Positions 1-12,726 of a DNA stretch of 64,000 bases are shown here, piece after piece. Source of the DNA: Octopus bimaculoides. Taxonomy: Eukaryota. Under the pieces are notes generated by a model. It did not search any database, was not told where the DNA came from, and was given only the letters and a program-made list of their open reading frames with translations. Each line of letters begins with the position of its first letter. Position 1 is the first letter of the stretch. Made by a program: the position numbers and the translations under genes. Location: the NCBI RefSeq assembly GCF_001194135.2, contig NC_069001.1, positions 32,439,443-32,503,442 of the forward strand, written 5' to 3'.

Positions 1-1650
1 CCCTGTGGTCCGCGGACCACAGTTTGAAAACCCCTGATCTAATTCACAAATTTAGGTAAAGTTGACCTTGGTGGATTTTTAACCTAGAACGTAAAGATGG
101 ACGAAATGCTGCTAAGCCTTTTACCTGGCATACTAGCAAATCTACTAGCTTATCATCATAACAATATTAATGATGACGATAATGATGATGATGGTAGTGG
201 TGGTGGTGGTGGCAGAGATACCATCTCAGAGGAAGTGAATCCCTTCCAAGTGAAAATTGAAACTAAAACTGATTCCATTGACAAAAGAACTTACAGCTGA
301 GTCAATTACTCAATAAAAAGATACAATACAGCAAATTCAAATTAACTTTTACATGTGTTTTATCGTTATTCTTTCATTGTTTAGAATACAGAATGTTAAT
401 GATTGCTGTTGCCATTTTCTTTAAAAATTACACCCTGCCCTTCCATACACACTCAGAACCATCAGCAGCAGTAGTAGTGACAATAGTACAACTGTCACCA
501 TCTCTACATCATCATTATTCTCACCACAAGCAATATCATTATCGCTACCAATACTCACACCACCACCACCGATTTCATCATTATCACCACGACTACCACT
601 GTTCCTGGCTTAAGCACTTTATATCCATTAAGCTGTCTGTATGTTCACCAATATCTTTGGTGCACCGAGAACAAAAAATTGTATTCTGTACTTCTGCACT
701 CTATGATCTTTTGTGCCTATAAAATATCTTGATGTAACTAATGGCTGTTCATTATTTCTTCTTTTTATCTCCAGACTGTTTCAAAATATAGTTCGTATTC
801 TGAGGAACACAGAAAAAATGATAAAGGTATTAAATATATAGATAGACACAGACAGACACATACACACACACATGAATGCATATATCTCAGTGGGTGTGTA
901 TGGGAGTATATACGTAAAGATTCATTTACCATATATATATATGTATGTATGTACGTATATTGAGTATAATGCATACACAGATATATACATATACATATAT
1001 GAGTGTGTCTTTGTGCATATGGATATATGGGGCTGCATGCACAAACACACACATATATATAAGGATTGTTGTTATGATCAATCTGTTAAGTAGCAGCAAT
1101 TGGTTCTAAAATAACAAAAAGATATAAATAGGTAAAAAAAAAATCATCAAAATAACAAGAGTATGATTATGATGTAAAGAAGAGACAAACAAATGACATT
1201 GAGTCATGCAAATGAAAACATAACTGAAAAAGCATAGAAATATAAAGTAAAAAAACAACAATCAAAAGAATGTATAATTGAAGATTAAATACACCAGAGG
1301 TAGAAGAAACAGAAGAGAATTTAATGTTTTGGGTGACACTCTTAAACAAAGAAAAGAAAGAGATAAAGAGAGGCAAGAGAAGAAAAGTAATTAAAAGAAG
1401 CAAGAGAAAAAGAAAATTCATGATACCAAATGGTTTGTTTGCTTCCTCTCTGGCTTATATTTGTGTTTTCTCACACATAAGCATATAAACATTAAAAACG
1501 TCTTGAGATCCCAGAAACATCACTGATGACATATCTCAGATCATTCATGAGATGTATCTTAGAACTCTCTCTCTATGTGTATGTGAGTGAGAGAGAGAGA
1601 TATGTACAGGTACAATAAACACTAGAAATGTACAGAAAATAGACATCATC

Positions 1651-1836
1651 AAATGCCAGGGGGAATACCTAGAAGTAGTTGATAGCTTCCATTATCAAGG
1701 TGAACAAGTCAGAATGAGAGGTGGATGCTCCAAGAGTATAGCTCCTAGAATAAGAATAGGCTGAGCAAAGTTCAGAGAGCTTCTACCTTTGTTAGTAACT
1801 AAGGACCTCACCCTCAGAATGAAAAGCAGATTATAT
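1651..1836 (+). mobile_element. RTE-like LINE fragment (post-RT domain, one in-frame stop)
   Basis: Translates KCQGEYLEVVDSFHYQGEQVRMRGGCSKSIAPRIRIG*AKFRELLPLLVTKDLTLRMKSRLY. Confidence 0.65.
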
Positions 1837-2926
1837 AGGGAGATTTCACAAAAAAACAAAAGACGAAGACAGGTGGTGTAGACAAACAGATGTATTAGTT
1901 TAACGCTTGGGAAGTAAAAAAGTATTTAACGTTTCGAGCCCCTACAGTCTTCCACAGAAAGAAACAAGGAGAGAAAATAAAGAATGTGTAGTGGCTAGCG
2001 AGATATATATATGTATGTATGATGGGCTTCTTTCATTTTCTGTCTACCAAATCTACTCACAAGACTTTGGTTGGCTCAAGGCTATAGTAGAAGACACTAT
2101 AAGGTACCATGTAGTGGAACTGAACCTGGAGCTATGTAGTTGGGAGGGAAACTTCTTACCACACATCCACACCTGCACCTATGTGTCACATTTTCTCAGT
2201 TGTTAAGAAACAAATTCAACACTCATCTCCAATCTAAAATTTATTTTATAAAACATTGTTTGAACTGTCAGCAGGCATTACAAATGTTTCCAAAATTGTT
2301 TGAATAAAAGCGTGCACTAATAGTGCACCAAAAGACATACTTGTTATTAACCCTTTTGTTACCATATTTCTGTTGATATGCTCTGTGTTTCTTTCAATTC
2401 ATTTTAAATATAACAAAGATTTAGTAAAATAACTTAGTTATCATTAAGCTAGTGTTAAGGACATAAGTTGTGCTCAAGGTTTGGAGGAAGATTTTAATTC
2501 AGAACTTTTGAAAACAAGACATTTGTACTACAGAGCCAGTGATGGTTTCTGTTTTTTAAATTGGAAGCAGGCTGGGTAAAAAGGTTGTTGTTGTTGTTGA
2601 TCCTGTGTTTTTCTTTTCCGTTAACTCGCTGTCATCTCAAATTCCTCTTCTGCCAATCTTCACTAGATTATCATCAGGAATGTTGCCTTCAATTTTTTCC
2701 TTCTGGGTTTGCCTCACTAAACAACCATGTGGTTTCCTTCACATATGGCCTACTTATGTCAGGCTATTTGTTGGCCAGTGGATACCTGTTTGGCTTTGGC
2801 CCACCGATTTTTGTTCCTTACAATTTCTAGATATTTGTCATTTAGTAATTTTCTGAAGTATCTATTTGTGAATGTTTAGTGCTTTCTCAGGATACTTGCG
2901 TACATTTGTCATGGCGCTGCACTATA

Positions 2927-2969
<43 letters not shown>

Positions 2970-3315
2970 TTGTATGTGTGTGTGTGTGTGTGTGATTTAT
3001 TTCCAATCTTCGGTGCCATGAGTAAATATTACACTTTGCTTGAAGACAGCGGGACAGCTGGTGACAAGAAGGGTACTGGACCAAAGAAAATCTGCCTTAA
3101 CAAATTCCATTTGACCCATGCAAGCCTGCAAAAGTGGACATTATACCGATGATGATGCTGATATGTGCATGTGTATATCATCATCCTTTATCATCCCTCT
3201 TCCATACTGGCATGGTTGGATGGTTTGACATGAGCTGGCAAACTACAGGACTGCACCAAGCTTCACTGTATTGGCATAGATTTTACAACTGAATACCCTT
3301 CCCGATGCCTATATA

Positions 3316-3538
3316 TACAAGGGGGTACTGAAAAGTTCCTGGCTTTGGGTAAAAGAAAAATACAGGAGGATCAGTTAATTATGATTTTATTCAACATATT
3401 CCCTTCTCAGATTCACACACTTATCGTGGTGGTCCTTCAGTTTTTGTAAGCCCTATAAAAGAATTCAGATGGTTGGGCCTCCAACCGGGCCTTTCACGAC
3501 ACCCTTAAAGCCAAGAACTTTTCGGCCACTCCCTCGTA
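3316..3538. mobile_element. Mariner-type MITE (about 220 bp, TA-flanked TIR TACGAGGGGGTGCTGAAAAGTTC-like). Other copies at about 9243-9460, 9500-9729, 28720-28877 and 53838-54058
   Basis: Terminal inverted repeats; near-identical internal sequence across copies. Confidence 0.75.
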
Positions 3539-3621
3539 TATTTATAGACTCACACATGTCTGGGTGTCTGTGTATGTCTTTGTAAGTATATGTTGTTGAT
3601 GGTTGCACTAAAAGTTCAGTT

Positions 3622-3694
3622 TTAAAGAAAATAATCAGGAACTGGGTGATCTGAATTTGGTCTTCTTTTCACAGGAGCAGGATCAAATTGTAAG
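3622..3694 (-). CDS. PPP2CA: PP2A-like last exon ([23 protein letters not shown])
   Basis: TTTTCAG acceptor, phase 2, 73 nt, DYFL followed by TAA. Confidence 0.93.
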
Positions 3695-6600
3695 CTGAAA
3701 AATAAAGAGAATAAAACAGATTTTGTTTCATTATTTCTAATTAACAAAAACAAACAAACAAACAAGCAAATGTAGGTGGTTGTGTGGCAAGAAGCTTCCT
3801 TCCCAGCCATATGGTTCTGGGTTCAGTCACACTGTGTGGCACGTTGGTTAAATGTTTTCTACTATAGTCTTGGGAAGACTAAAGCCTTGTGAGTGGATTT
3901 GGTAGACAGAAACTGAAAGAAGCCTGTCATGTATATGTGTGTGTGTGTGAGTTTGTGTCCCCCTGCTACCACCACTTGATAACTGGTGTTGGGGTGTTTA
4001 TGTCCCCATAACTTAGCAGTTTGGCAAAAGAAATCGATAGAATAAGTATTAGATTTTTAAAAAAAGTACCGGGATCAATTCATTTGATGTCGATTACATT
4101 GACACCAGTGCATAACTGGTACTTATTTCATTGCCTTGAACAAAAAGAATACAAACGCTTCCACAATAAAGTGTGTGTGTATCTTCATTGGCTCTTATGC
4201 CGTAAATACCAATATGAAGAAACAGAGGACTGGTATGAGCATGTGCCAAGTAAAGTTACGCAGGAAGATGGAAAAGTAACGATACTCTGGGGCTATGATT
4301 TTCAGACGGATCATGTAACCGAACACCATCAGCCGGATATTGTCATATTGAATAAGAGAGACAGATGCTGTCAGATCATTGGTGTAGCCATACCAAATGA
4401 CATGAATGTTGTGAGTAAAGAGGTTGAAAATATCACCAAGTACTCCAAATTGAAAGTAGAAATGGCAAGACTGTATGGAATGCGGGAGGGTAATGTAAAA
4501 GTGATACCAGTGGTGATTGGAGCGTTGGGCTCAGTCCCATTGAAATTTCAAGACTTCTTAAGGAAAATGGAAATCCCATGCAAGATCGATGTCTTGTAAA
4601 AAGCAGCCTTATTGGGCACAGCGCACATCTTAAGGAAAGTATTACATGTGTGAAGTCCTTGTTGTGACTTGACAGATGACTAAAGACTCCAGTGCATTTT
4701 TACCTACACTGTGTTATGAAATAATAATAATAATAATAATANNNNNNNNNNNNNNNNNNNNNNNNNNNNNNNNNNNNNNNNNNNNNNNNNNNNNNNNNNN
4801 NNNNNNNNNNNNNNNNNNNNNNNNNNNNNNNNNNNNNNNNNNNNNNNNNNNNNNNNNNNNNNNNNNNNNNNNNNNNNNNNNNNNNNNNNNNNNNNNNNNN
4901 NNNNNNNNNNNNNNNNNNNNNNNNNNNNNNNNNNNNNNNNNNNNNNNNNNNNNNNNNNNNNNNNNNNNNNNNNNNNNNNNNNNNNNNNNNNNNNNNNNNN
5001 NNNNNNNNNNNNNNNNNNNNNNNNNNNNNNNNNNNNNNNNNNNNNNNNNNNNNNNNNNNNNNNNNNNNNNNNNNNNNNNNNNNNNNNNNNNAGGGAGAAA
5101 GAGAGAATAATTGATCAACTCTTAAATGGTGGACATTATCAAATGATGTTTCATTAAAGAACAGAAGGCATCATCAAATGATGTTTCATTAAAGAACAGA
5201 AGGCATCATCAACTGATGTTTCATTAAAGAACAGAAGGCATCATCAACTGATGTTTCATTAGAGAACAATTAAATAGTTTATTGACAAATAAATAATAAA
5301 AGGTGAAATACAACCAATGCATGTGTTTATTATTGGCACAATGACCCTCCTAAGACATGACAAAATCTGTTTCAACATACAAGTTCAGCTCAAGAATCTT
5401 GTAAATCAATTACAGAAATGAAATAATTGACATTAGTCAAAATAAAATAAAAAATAATAAAATAGGCACAAGCAAGGCTGTGTTGTAAGAAGCTGGCTTC
5501 CCAACCATATGGTTCCAGGTTCAGTCCTATTGCATGGCACCTTGGGCAAGTGTCTTCTACTATAGCCTCAGGCTAACCAAAGCCTTGAGAGTGGATTTGA
5601 TAGATGGAAACTGAAAGAAACCTGTTGTACATATGGGTGTATGTGTGTGCATGTGTCTTTGTGTCTGTGTTTGTCCCCCACTACTACTCGACAACAAGTG
5701 CTGGTGTGTTTTTACGTCTTCATAACTTGGCAGCTCAGCAAAAGCAAACGACAGACTAAGTTGCAGGTTTTAAAAAAATAAGTACTGGGGTCAATTCATT
5801 CGACTAAGGAATTGTCCAAGGACGTGACCCAGCAAGGCTGCAATCTAATGACTGAAACAAGTAAGACAAAAAAGTGGCACTTTGAAAATATCAAAATCCT
5901 TACAAAAGTTCAAAAGTTCTCAGATTTTATATTCTGTATGAATTAAGAGCAAACTATAAAGAAACAAGAGAAATTATAATTACCTCCATGGCCAACTGGT
6001 GAGCACGAGATATGAGGGAAAGACCATTTGAGTAACAGAACAGTTCTGAAATACATTTGCCAAATGTGTAACCAAGGCCTCGAGGTGACAGGCTCCAACC
6101 ATTGTGTGTACCGGGATCAGACCAAAGAAGATCACACATTGGACCCTGAAAAAGAATTTCTGTATATTTAGCTTCATGTTTACAGTGCATTATAATTAGT
6201 TAGTCTACATTTACTCTGTAAGGAGCATAGAGCTATGACCATTTCATGCCAGTGGATGCAATCTTGGGTTCCCGCCTTGATTTCAGACCAAGAGAGAGCA
6301 ACTGCTTTCATTTCATGCTCCATACATCCTTTCCAGGTCTTCTTAGATTGTCCAACTTCTCTCTTTCCCTCGGGTTGCCAGTCTAACCCTTGTCTTGCAA
6401 TGCTACTTGAAGGTCTCTTTAAAGCAGTGGTTCTGAACCATTTTTTATCTATGAACCCCTTTGATTCCTATTTTACTCAGATGGGCCCTCCCAGCCATTC
6501 CATGTAAAAAACAAGAATATCATATATTTTTATAATTAGATATTAGGAATTGTATAAATAAGAATTGTTGAGATATTTTCTTTATTGTAAAAGTGTAATC

Positions 6601-8128
6601 AATTTATTGCATATGAATTTTAACCACAAAATCTTATGTGGACTCCTAAGGGTTACATGGATTCTGGTTGAGAACCAATGCTTCAGAGTGTAACCACTCC
6701 AGTCCCATTTCCTTTCCAGAATTTTTGATGGGTGTATGGTTCATTCTATCCCACAGTGAGTTGTAGAAAAAAAGAAAAAAAATGTGCAGATGTGGCAATG
6801 TGATTAAGACGCATGCTTCCGAAATACATAGTCTCAAGTTCAATCTCACTGCATGGTACCTTCTTCTATTATAGTCATGGGCCAAGCAAGCTATGTGAGA
6901 GGATTTGGTAGATGGAAACTGAAAAAGAAGCCCATCACATATATAAGTGTGTATACACGTGTGTATTTGTGTCTTTGTTTTGATGCTGCCGCCGCCACCA
7001 CCACCACCACCACCACTGGATGTTAGGAAGAGCATCCAGCTGTAAAAGCCCTGCCAAAATAGACACAGAAGTCTGATGCAGTCTTCTGCCAGGCCAACTC
7101 CTGTCGACCTATACCAGCATGGAAAGCAGACATCAAATGATGATGATGATGATGATGATAATGAATGCAGTGAAGTGGCAGAATCGTTAGGAAGCCAGGT
7201 AAAATTCTTAGTGGTATTTTGCTTGTCTTTATGTTCTGAGTTCAAATTCTGCCAAGGTTGACTTTGCTTTTCATCCTTTAAGGGCCAATAAAATAAGTAA
7301 CAATTGAATACTGAGGTCGACGTAACTGACTTACCCCCACCCCTGAAATTGCTGGCCCAGTGCCAAAATTTGAAACCAATATAAATTTACACGTACTTCA
7401 TGTGGTATTTCCTGTTTTCTGAACAAAGTATTAATGTTGTCCAAGTTGCAAATTGAAGGGGATAATCCTCCATGTAAACAAAATATCTGTAAGAAAAAAA
7501 ACAAGAGAGAAAGACTCAGATAGTTTACAAGTGTTCAAAGATAATAAAGAAATACTGCAAGTCTTAGAAGAATGCACACNNNNNNNNNNNNNNNNNNNNN
7601 NNNNNNNNNNNNNNNNNNNNNNNNNNNNNNNNNNNNNNNNNNNNNNNNNNNNNNNNNNNNNNNNNNNNNNNNNNNNNNNNNNNNNNNNNNNNNNNNNNNN
7701 NNNNNNNNNNNNNNNNNNNNNNNNNNNNNNNNNNNNNNNNNNNNNNNNNNNNNNNNNNNNNNNNNNNNNNNNNNNNNNNNNNNNNNNNNNNNNNNNNNNN
7801 NNNNNNNNNNNNNNNNNNNNNNNNNNNNNNNNNNNNNNNNNNNNNNNNNNNNNNNNNNNNNNNNNNNCCCGTAAAGCAGATCTTGGATCTTGTTCTTTGG
7901 CCAATAAAGAAAAAGTAAAATGATTCTTTATTAACTAGGTGCAGGTGTGGCTGTGTGGTAAGAAGCTTGCTTCCCAGCCACATGGTTCCAGGTTCAGTCC
8001 CACTGTGTGGCACCTTGGACAAGTATCTTCTACTATAACCTCGGGCTGAACAAAGCCTTGTGAGTGGATTTGGCAGATGGAAACTGAAAGAAGCCAATCA
8101 TATATATGTATGTATATGTGTGTGTGCA

Positions 8129-8166
<38 letters not shown>

Positions 8167-10666
8167 CATGTCTTTGTGTCTTATTTGCCCTCCACCACTG
8201 CTTGACAATTGGTGTTGGTGTGTTTACATCATTGTAACCTAGCAGTTCGACAAAAATGACTGACAGAATAAGCACCAAGCTTAACAAAAATAAGTACTGG
8301 GGTCAATTCATTTGACTGAAAATTTTTCAATGAGATGCCCCATCATGGCCACAGTCTAAAGACTGAAACAAGAACATGAGTGCTAAATATTAAAGTTTAA
8401 TTAATGAAATATTGTAAAAATGCAAAAAAAATAACATTTCCTTTTAACTAAACAGAATGTAATGTAACTGCTCCATCACTAAGTTCCAGTAACAGGCCAT
8501 GGCAGTTAATGTGTTAATAAAAACACCACTGCAAGGATAAAATTTATTATGAACGTTAACATGTTCAACTCCACTGCAACAGGCAGACAAAGAAGCAAGA
8601 AGAAAACAAACTTACTTCTTCATCTACTAATGCTGTGAGAGGAAGAAAATCGAAGAGATCTGTGAAAAATTTCCAAACATTAGCATTTCCATACTTCCTC
8701 AAACATTCATCATAAAATCCATACACTTGGGTAATCTGTCTACTTTCATGATTTCCTCGAAGTATAGTTATTCTGTCCTTATATCTGACCTGTTGGAAGA
8801 GAAAAAAGTTTAACAACATTTTTATGAATATACAGGCATGGTTTTTTTTTACAGTTTTAAGTAGCAAAACCAGAGTATTTGGGAAGAAAAACATTGAAAA
8901 TTTGATTTACAGCAAAATTGTTCACAAGTGTCAAAAAAGAAACATATCAAAAAAGAGACAAAAAGAAATGTGAAATATTTAGCAGAACAATTTTGTTACA
9001 TCTGAATTAGATGATCCCACAATAAAGCTACAACCTGACAATATCATTCTCCATTCTCATAGTAGTTTGTGGTCTTGTTTAACAACATTTCTATTAATAT
9101 ACAGATATGGTTTTGACAAGCAAAGTAATATTCCCTATGACTAGGCACATTTTTTTTTTTTTTTGCAGAATATTGGAAATGAATTCCATTGATTGTCTGA
9201 TGGTGAAACTTGTCAATTCAAAGAGACACAAACACAGACACACATGAGTGGGTGCTGAAAAGTTCCTGGCTTTGAGTAAAAAAAAAAAATACAGGAAGAT
9301 CAGTTAATTATGATTTTACTCAATATATTTCTCTCTCAGATTCACTAATTGTAGCAGTCCTTCACTTTTTCTAAGCCCTGTAAAAGAACTTGAAAGGCCA
9401 AGCCTCCAACCAGGCCTTTCATGATACCTTTAAAGCCAGGAACGTTTCAGCAACCCCTTGTGAGTGTATGTATGTGTATGTATGTATGTATGTATGTATA
9501 CACGAGGGGGTGCTGAAAAGTTCCCAGCTTTGGGTAAAAAAAAATACAGGAGGATCAGTTAATAATGATTTTATTCAATATATTTATATATTTCTGTCTC
9601 AGATTCACACACTTATTGTAGCAGTTCTTCAGTTTTTCTAAGCCCTGTAAAAGAACTTGGAAGGTTGGGCCACCTACCAGGCCTTTCGCGATACCCTTAA
9701 AGTCAGTAACTTTGCAGCACCCCTTCATACCTTCATGATGGCATTTTCTTTGTGTGATAAGATCGGGAGGAAGAGTAGCATGCCCTCAAGTGCTTATGTA
9801 AACTGATTCTTGATGCTGCATGGCTTTTCTTCCTATCTGCATTTAGTTTGTCCGTATCTTTATCTTTTACTTGAAGAGTTTTTAGTCAATCAAATTGGCC
9901 CCAGTATTTATTAATTTTTAAAAAAGTCTGATACTTATTTAATTGGTCTCTTTTGCTGAACCACTAAGTTACAGGGACATAAACACACCAACAGTGTGGT
10001 GGTGGGCAACAAACACAAAGACACACATATGATGGGCTTCTTTCAGTTTCCATCTACCAAATCCACTCACAAGGCTTTGGTTGGCATGAAACTATCATAG
10101 AAGACACTTACCCAAAGGGCCACACAGTGGGATTGAACCTGGAACTATGAGGTTGGGAAGCAAACTTCTTACTACTCATTCACACCTGCACCTATAAAGA
10201 CGTACCTTTAATACAACAAGCAGTGTTATAGTTTCAACTGAATAGTATCCTCTATCAACATAATCTCCCATGAAAAGGTAATTTGTGTCTGGTATTCGAC
10301 CTCCAATGCTGAAGAGTTCCATCAAGTCATGAAACTGGCCGTGAATGTCTCCACATACTGTTACTGGACATTTTACTTGCTGCACGTTAGATTCCTGGGA
10401 TAAAATTTCTTTAGCCTGCAAAAGAGAGATAAATAAAAAAGAAGAACAACAAATTAATAAATAAACAATCAAGAAAGTTACTAAAGTGGCTTGGACTACC
10501 TAAACTACAACATCAATAAAAACTACTAAAAATAAGAAGACAACTGTGACAAACAATACTAAATTAANNNNNNNNNNCTGTGACAAACAATACTAAATTA
10601 ACAATATTTATTAAACAAGTAACAACATGGCAAATAATTTATTCATTCATATATACATACATGTGA

Positions 10667-10713
<47 letters not shown>

Positions 10714-12693
10714 GCACAAACATTTGATCCATTACAAACAAATCTTTAGTGCAAGTTGTTCAGCAAAAAGCTGAATGCCGATATGTTATCTTTGACAGGA
10801 GAGTCCGTCATATCTATATACACTCATCATCATTTTTTTACATCTGTTTTCTCATGCTAGCATGGGTTGGATAGTTCTTTTCCAACACAGCATTTCACTA
10901 TTTGTTACATCGTTTTCTCCTTTTGTAAGATTCAACATTCTGAGATTACCGTTTCTAATTCAGCTTACATCTTCCTTCGTCTTCCTCTTGCACAGGTTCC
11001 TTTCATTTGGATATCTCAACACTTCTTCACCCATCTGTTATCATTCTTACATATTATACATCCATACCAATGCAATTGGTGAAGGTGCATGGCTTAGTGG
11101 TTAGAGTATTGGGCTTACAATTGCGAGGTTGTGAGTTCAATTCCTGGACCTGGCTGTGTGTTGTATTCTTGAGCAAGACACCTCATTTCACATTGCTCCA
11201 GTTGTATCAGCTTTTGCCTTTCCTTTGGATAACATCAGTGGCACCCTATGTCTCATTACCATGTAGGATTACACTCCATACATGTGTCAAGCAACACAAT
11301 TTGCTATTCATTCAAAGAAAGATTCTTCATGTTGAAGAACCTCAACATTTTCCATTCTGGTTTTATATTCTGATTACTATGCATCTGAGCACCCTTCACC
11401 ACATGTGTGTGCATCATTATCAATCTATCTACCTGTGTGTTTGTGTGTGTGATCATCATTAAATATATATATAGACACACACACAGACATGGCTGCATGG
11501 TTAAGAAGTTTGCTTCCCAACCACATGGTTTTGGGTTCAGTCCCACTGCATGACACCATGGGCAGGTGCAGTCTACTATAGCCCTGGTCTAACAAAAGCC
11601 TTGCAAGTGAGTTTGGCAAACAGAAACTGAAAGAAGTCCATCATATACATGTGTATGTGTTTTTCTTTGTGTTTGTGCTTGTCCCCTACTACCACTTGAC
11701 AACCAAAGTTGGTTTGTTTACATCCCTGTAACAGAGAGGTTCTGAAAGGAGAACAGTAAAATAAGTACTAAACTTTACAAAGAGTAATAAGTTCTGGGGC
11801 CAATTTGTTTGAGTAAACCCCTCAAGGTAGTGCCCCAGCATGGCCACAGTCTAAAGACTGAAACAAGTGGAAGATAAATGATAAAAGAAAGATATGCAAG
11901 AGGACAAGCAAACAAACGTCAGGACCTTTTTCTTAAAGGCTGGCAAGAATAGCTGGGCCAGAAGTTATAAAGAAATTCTGTGAAATAGTGTTGTTTTTCT
12001 GGGGAAATAACAAAACAATGTGACAAGAAGCATCCTGGTCGTTAGTTTGGTTGAGTTGGTAGAGAAAAAAACAAACATGAAAGGAAGCACTTGAAGTTTG
12101 AGGATATTTTTGAGTCATTCGCAGTGTGTCAAGTAGAGATGAGTTTGCAGTTAGAATTGTTGCTGTCGCCTGGATGGTTTGACAAGGGCTGACTAGGCAG
12201 AAGACAGCACCTGGCTTCACTGTCTTGTTTTAGCATGATATTTTACAGCTGGATGTCCTCCAAATGTCAACCACTTTACAGTGTGGAGTGGATGCTTTTT
12301 ATGTGTTAAATACTATATAAATATGTGTAGGATTGAATCTAAACAAAGGCAAAATACAGTAGTGATTGGTGTAGTTGCAGAGAGAAGCCGAAAAAAGCAG
12401 GAAGAACAATGGATATATTCTGTTATTCTTTTATTTGTTTAAGCCTTTTGACTGTGGCCATGCTGGGGTGCTGCCGTAAAGGATACAGTCACAATCAAAT
12501 CTATTTCAGTACTTACTTTAATTCTGGTGCTTTATTCTGTCAGTGTCTTTTTGCCAAACAGCTAGGTTACAGGGACACAAACAAACTAACATTGCTGTTG
12601 TCTTAATAGTGACAAACAAGTATAAAAAACAGTACACACAGTATGCACATATATATATATATTTATGCATGTGTGTATATATATGTATGTATG

Positions 12694-12726
<33 letters not shown>

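Noticed and set aside
5141-5268. Tandem repeat as a CRISPR array or snoRNA array (contains ATGATGT)
   Set aside because: No spacers, no D boxes, eukaryotic context
10545-10602. Direct repeat CTGTGACAAACAATACTAAATTAA
   Set aside because: It flanks a short N gap, so it is an assembly overlap artefact
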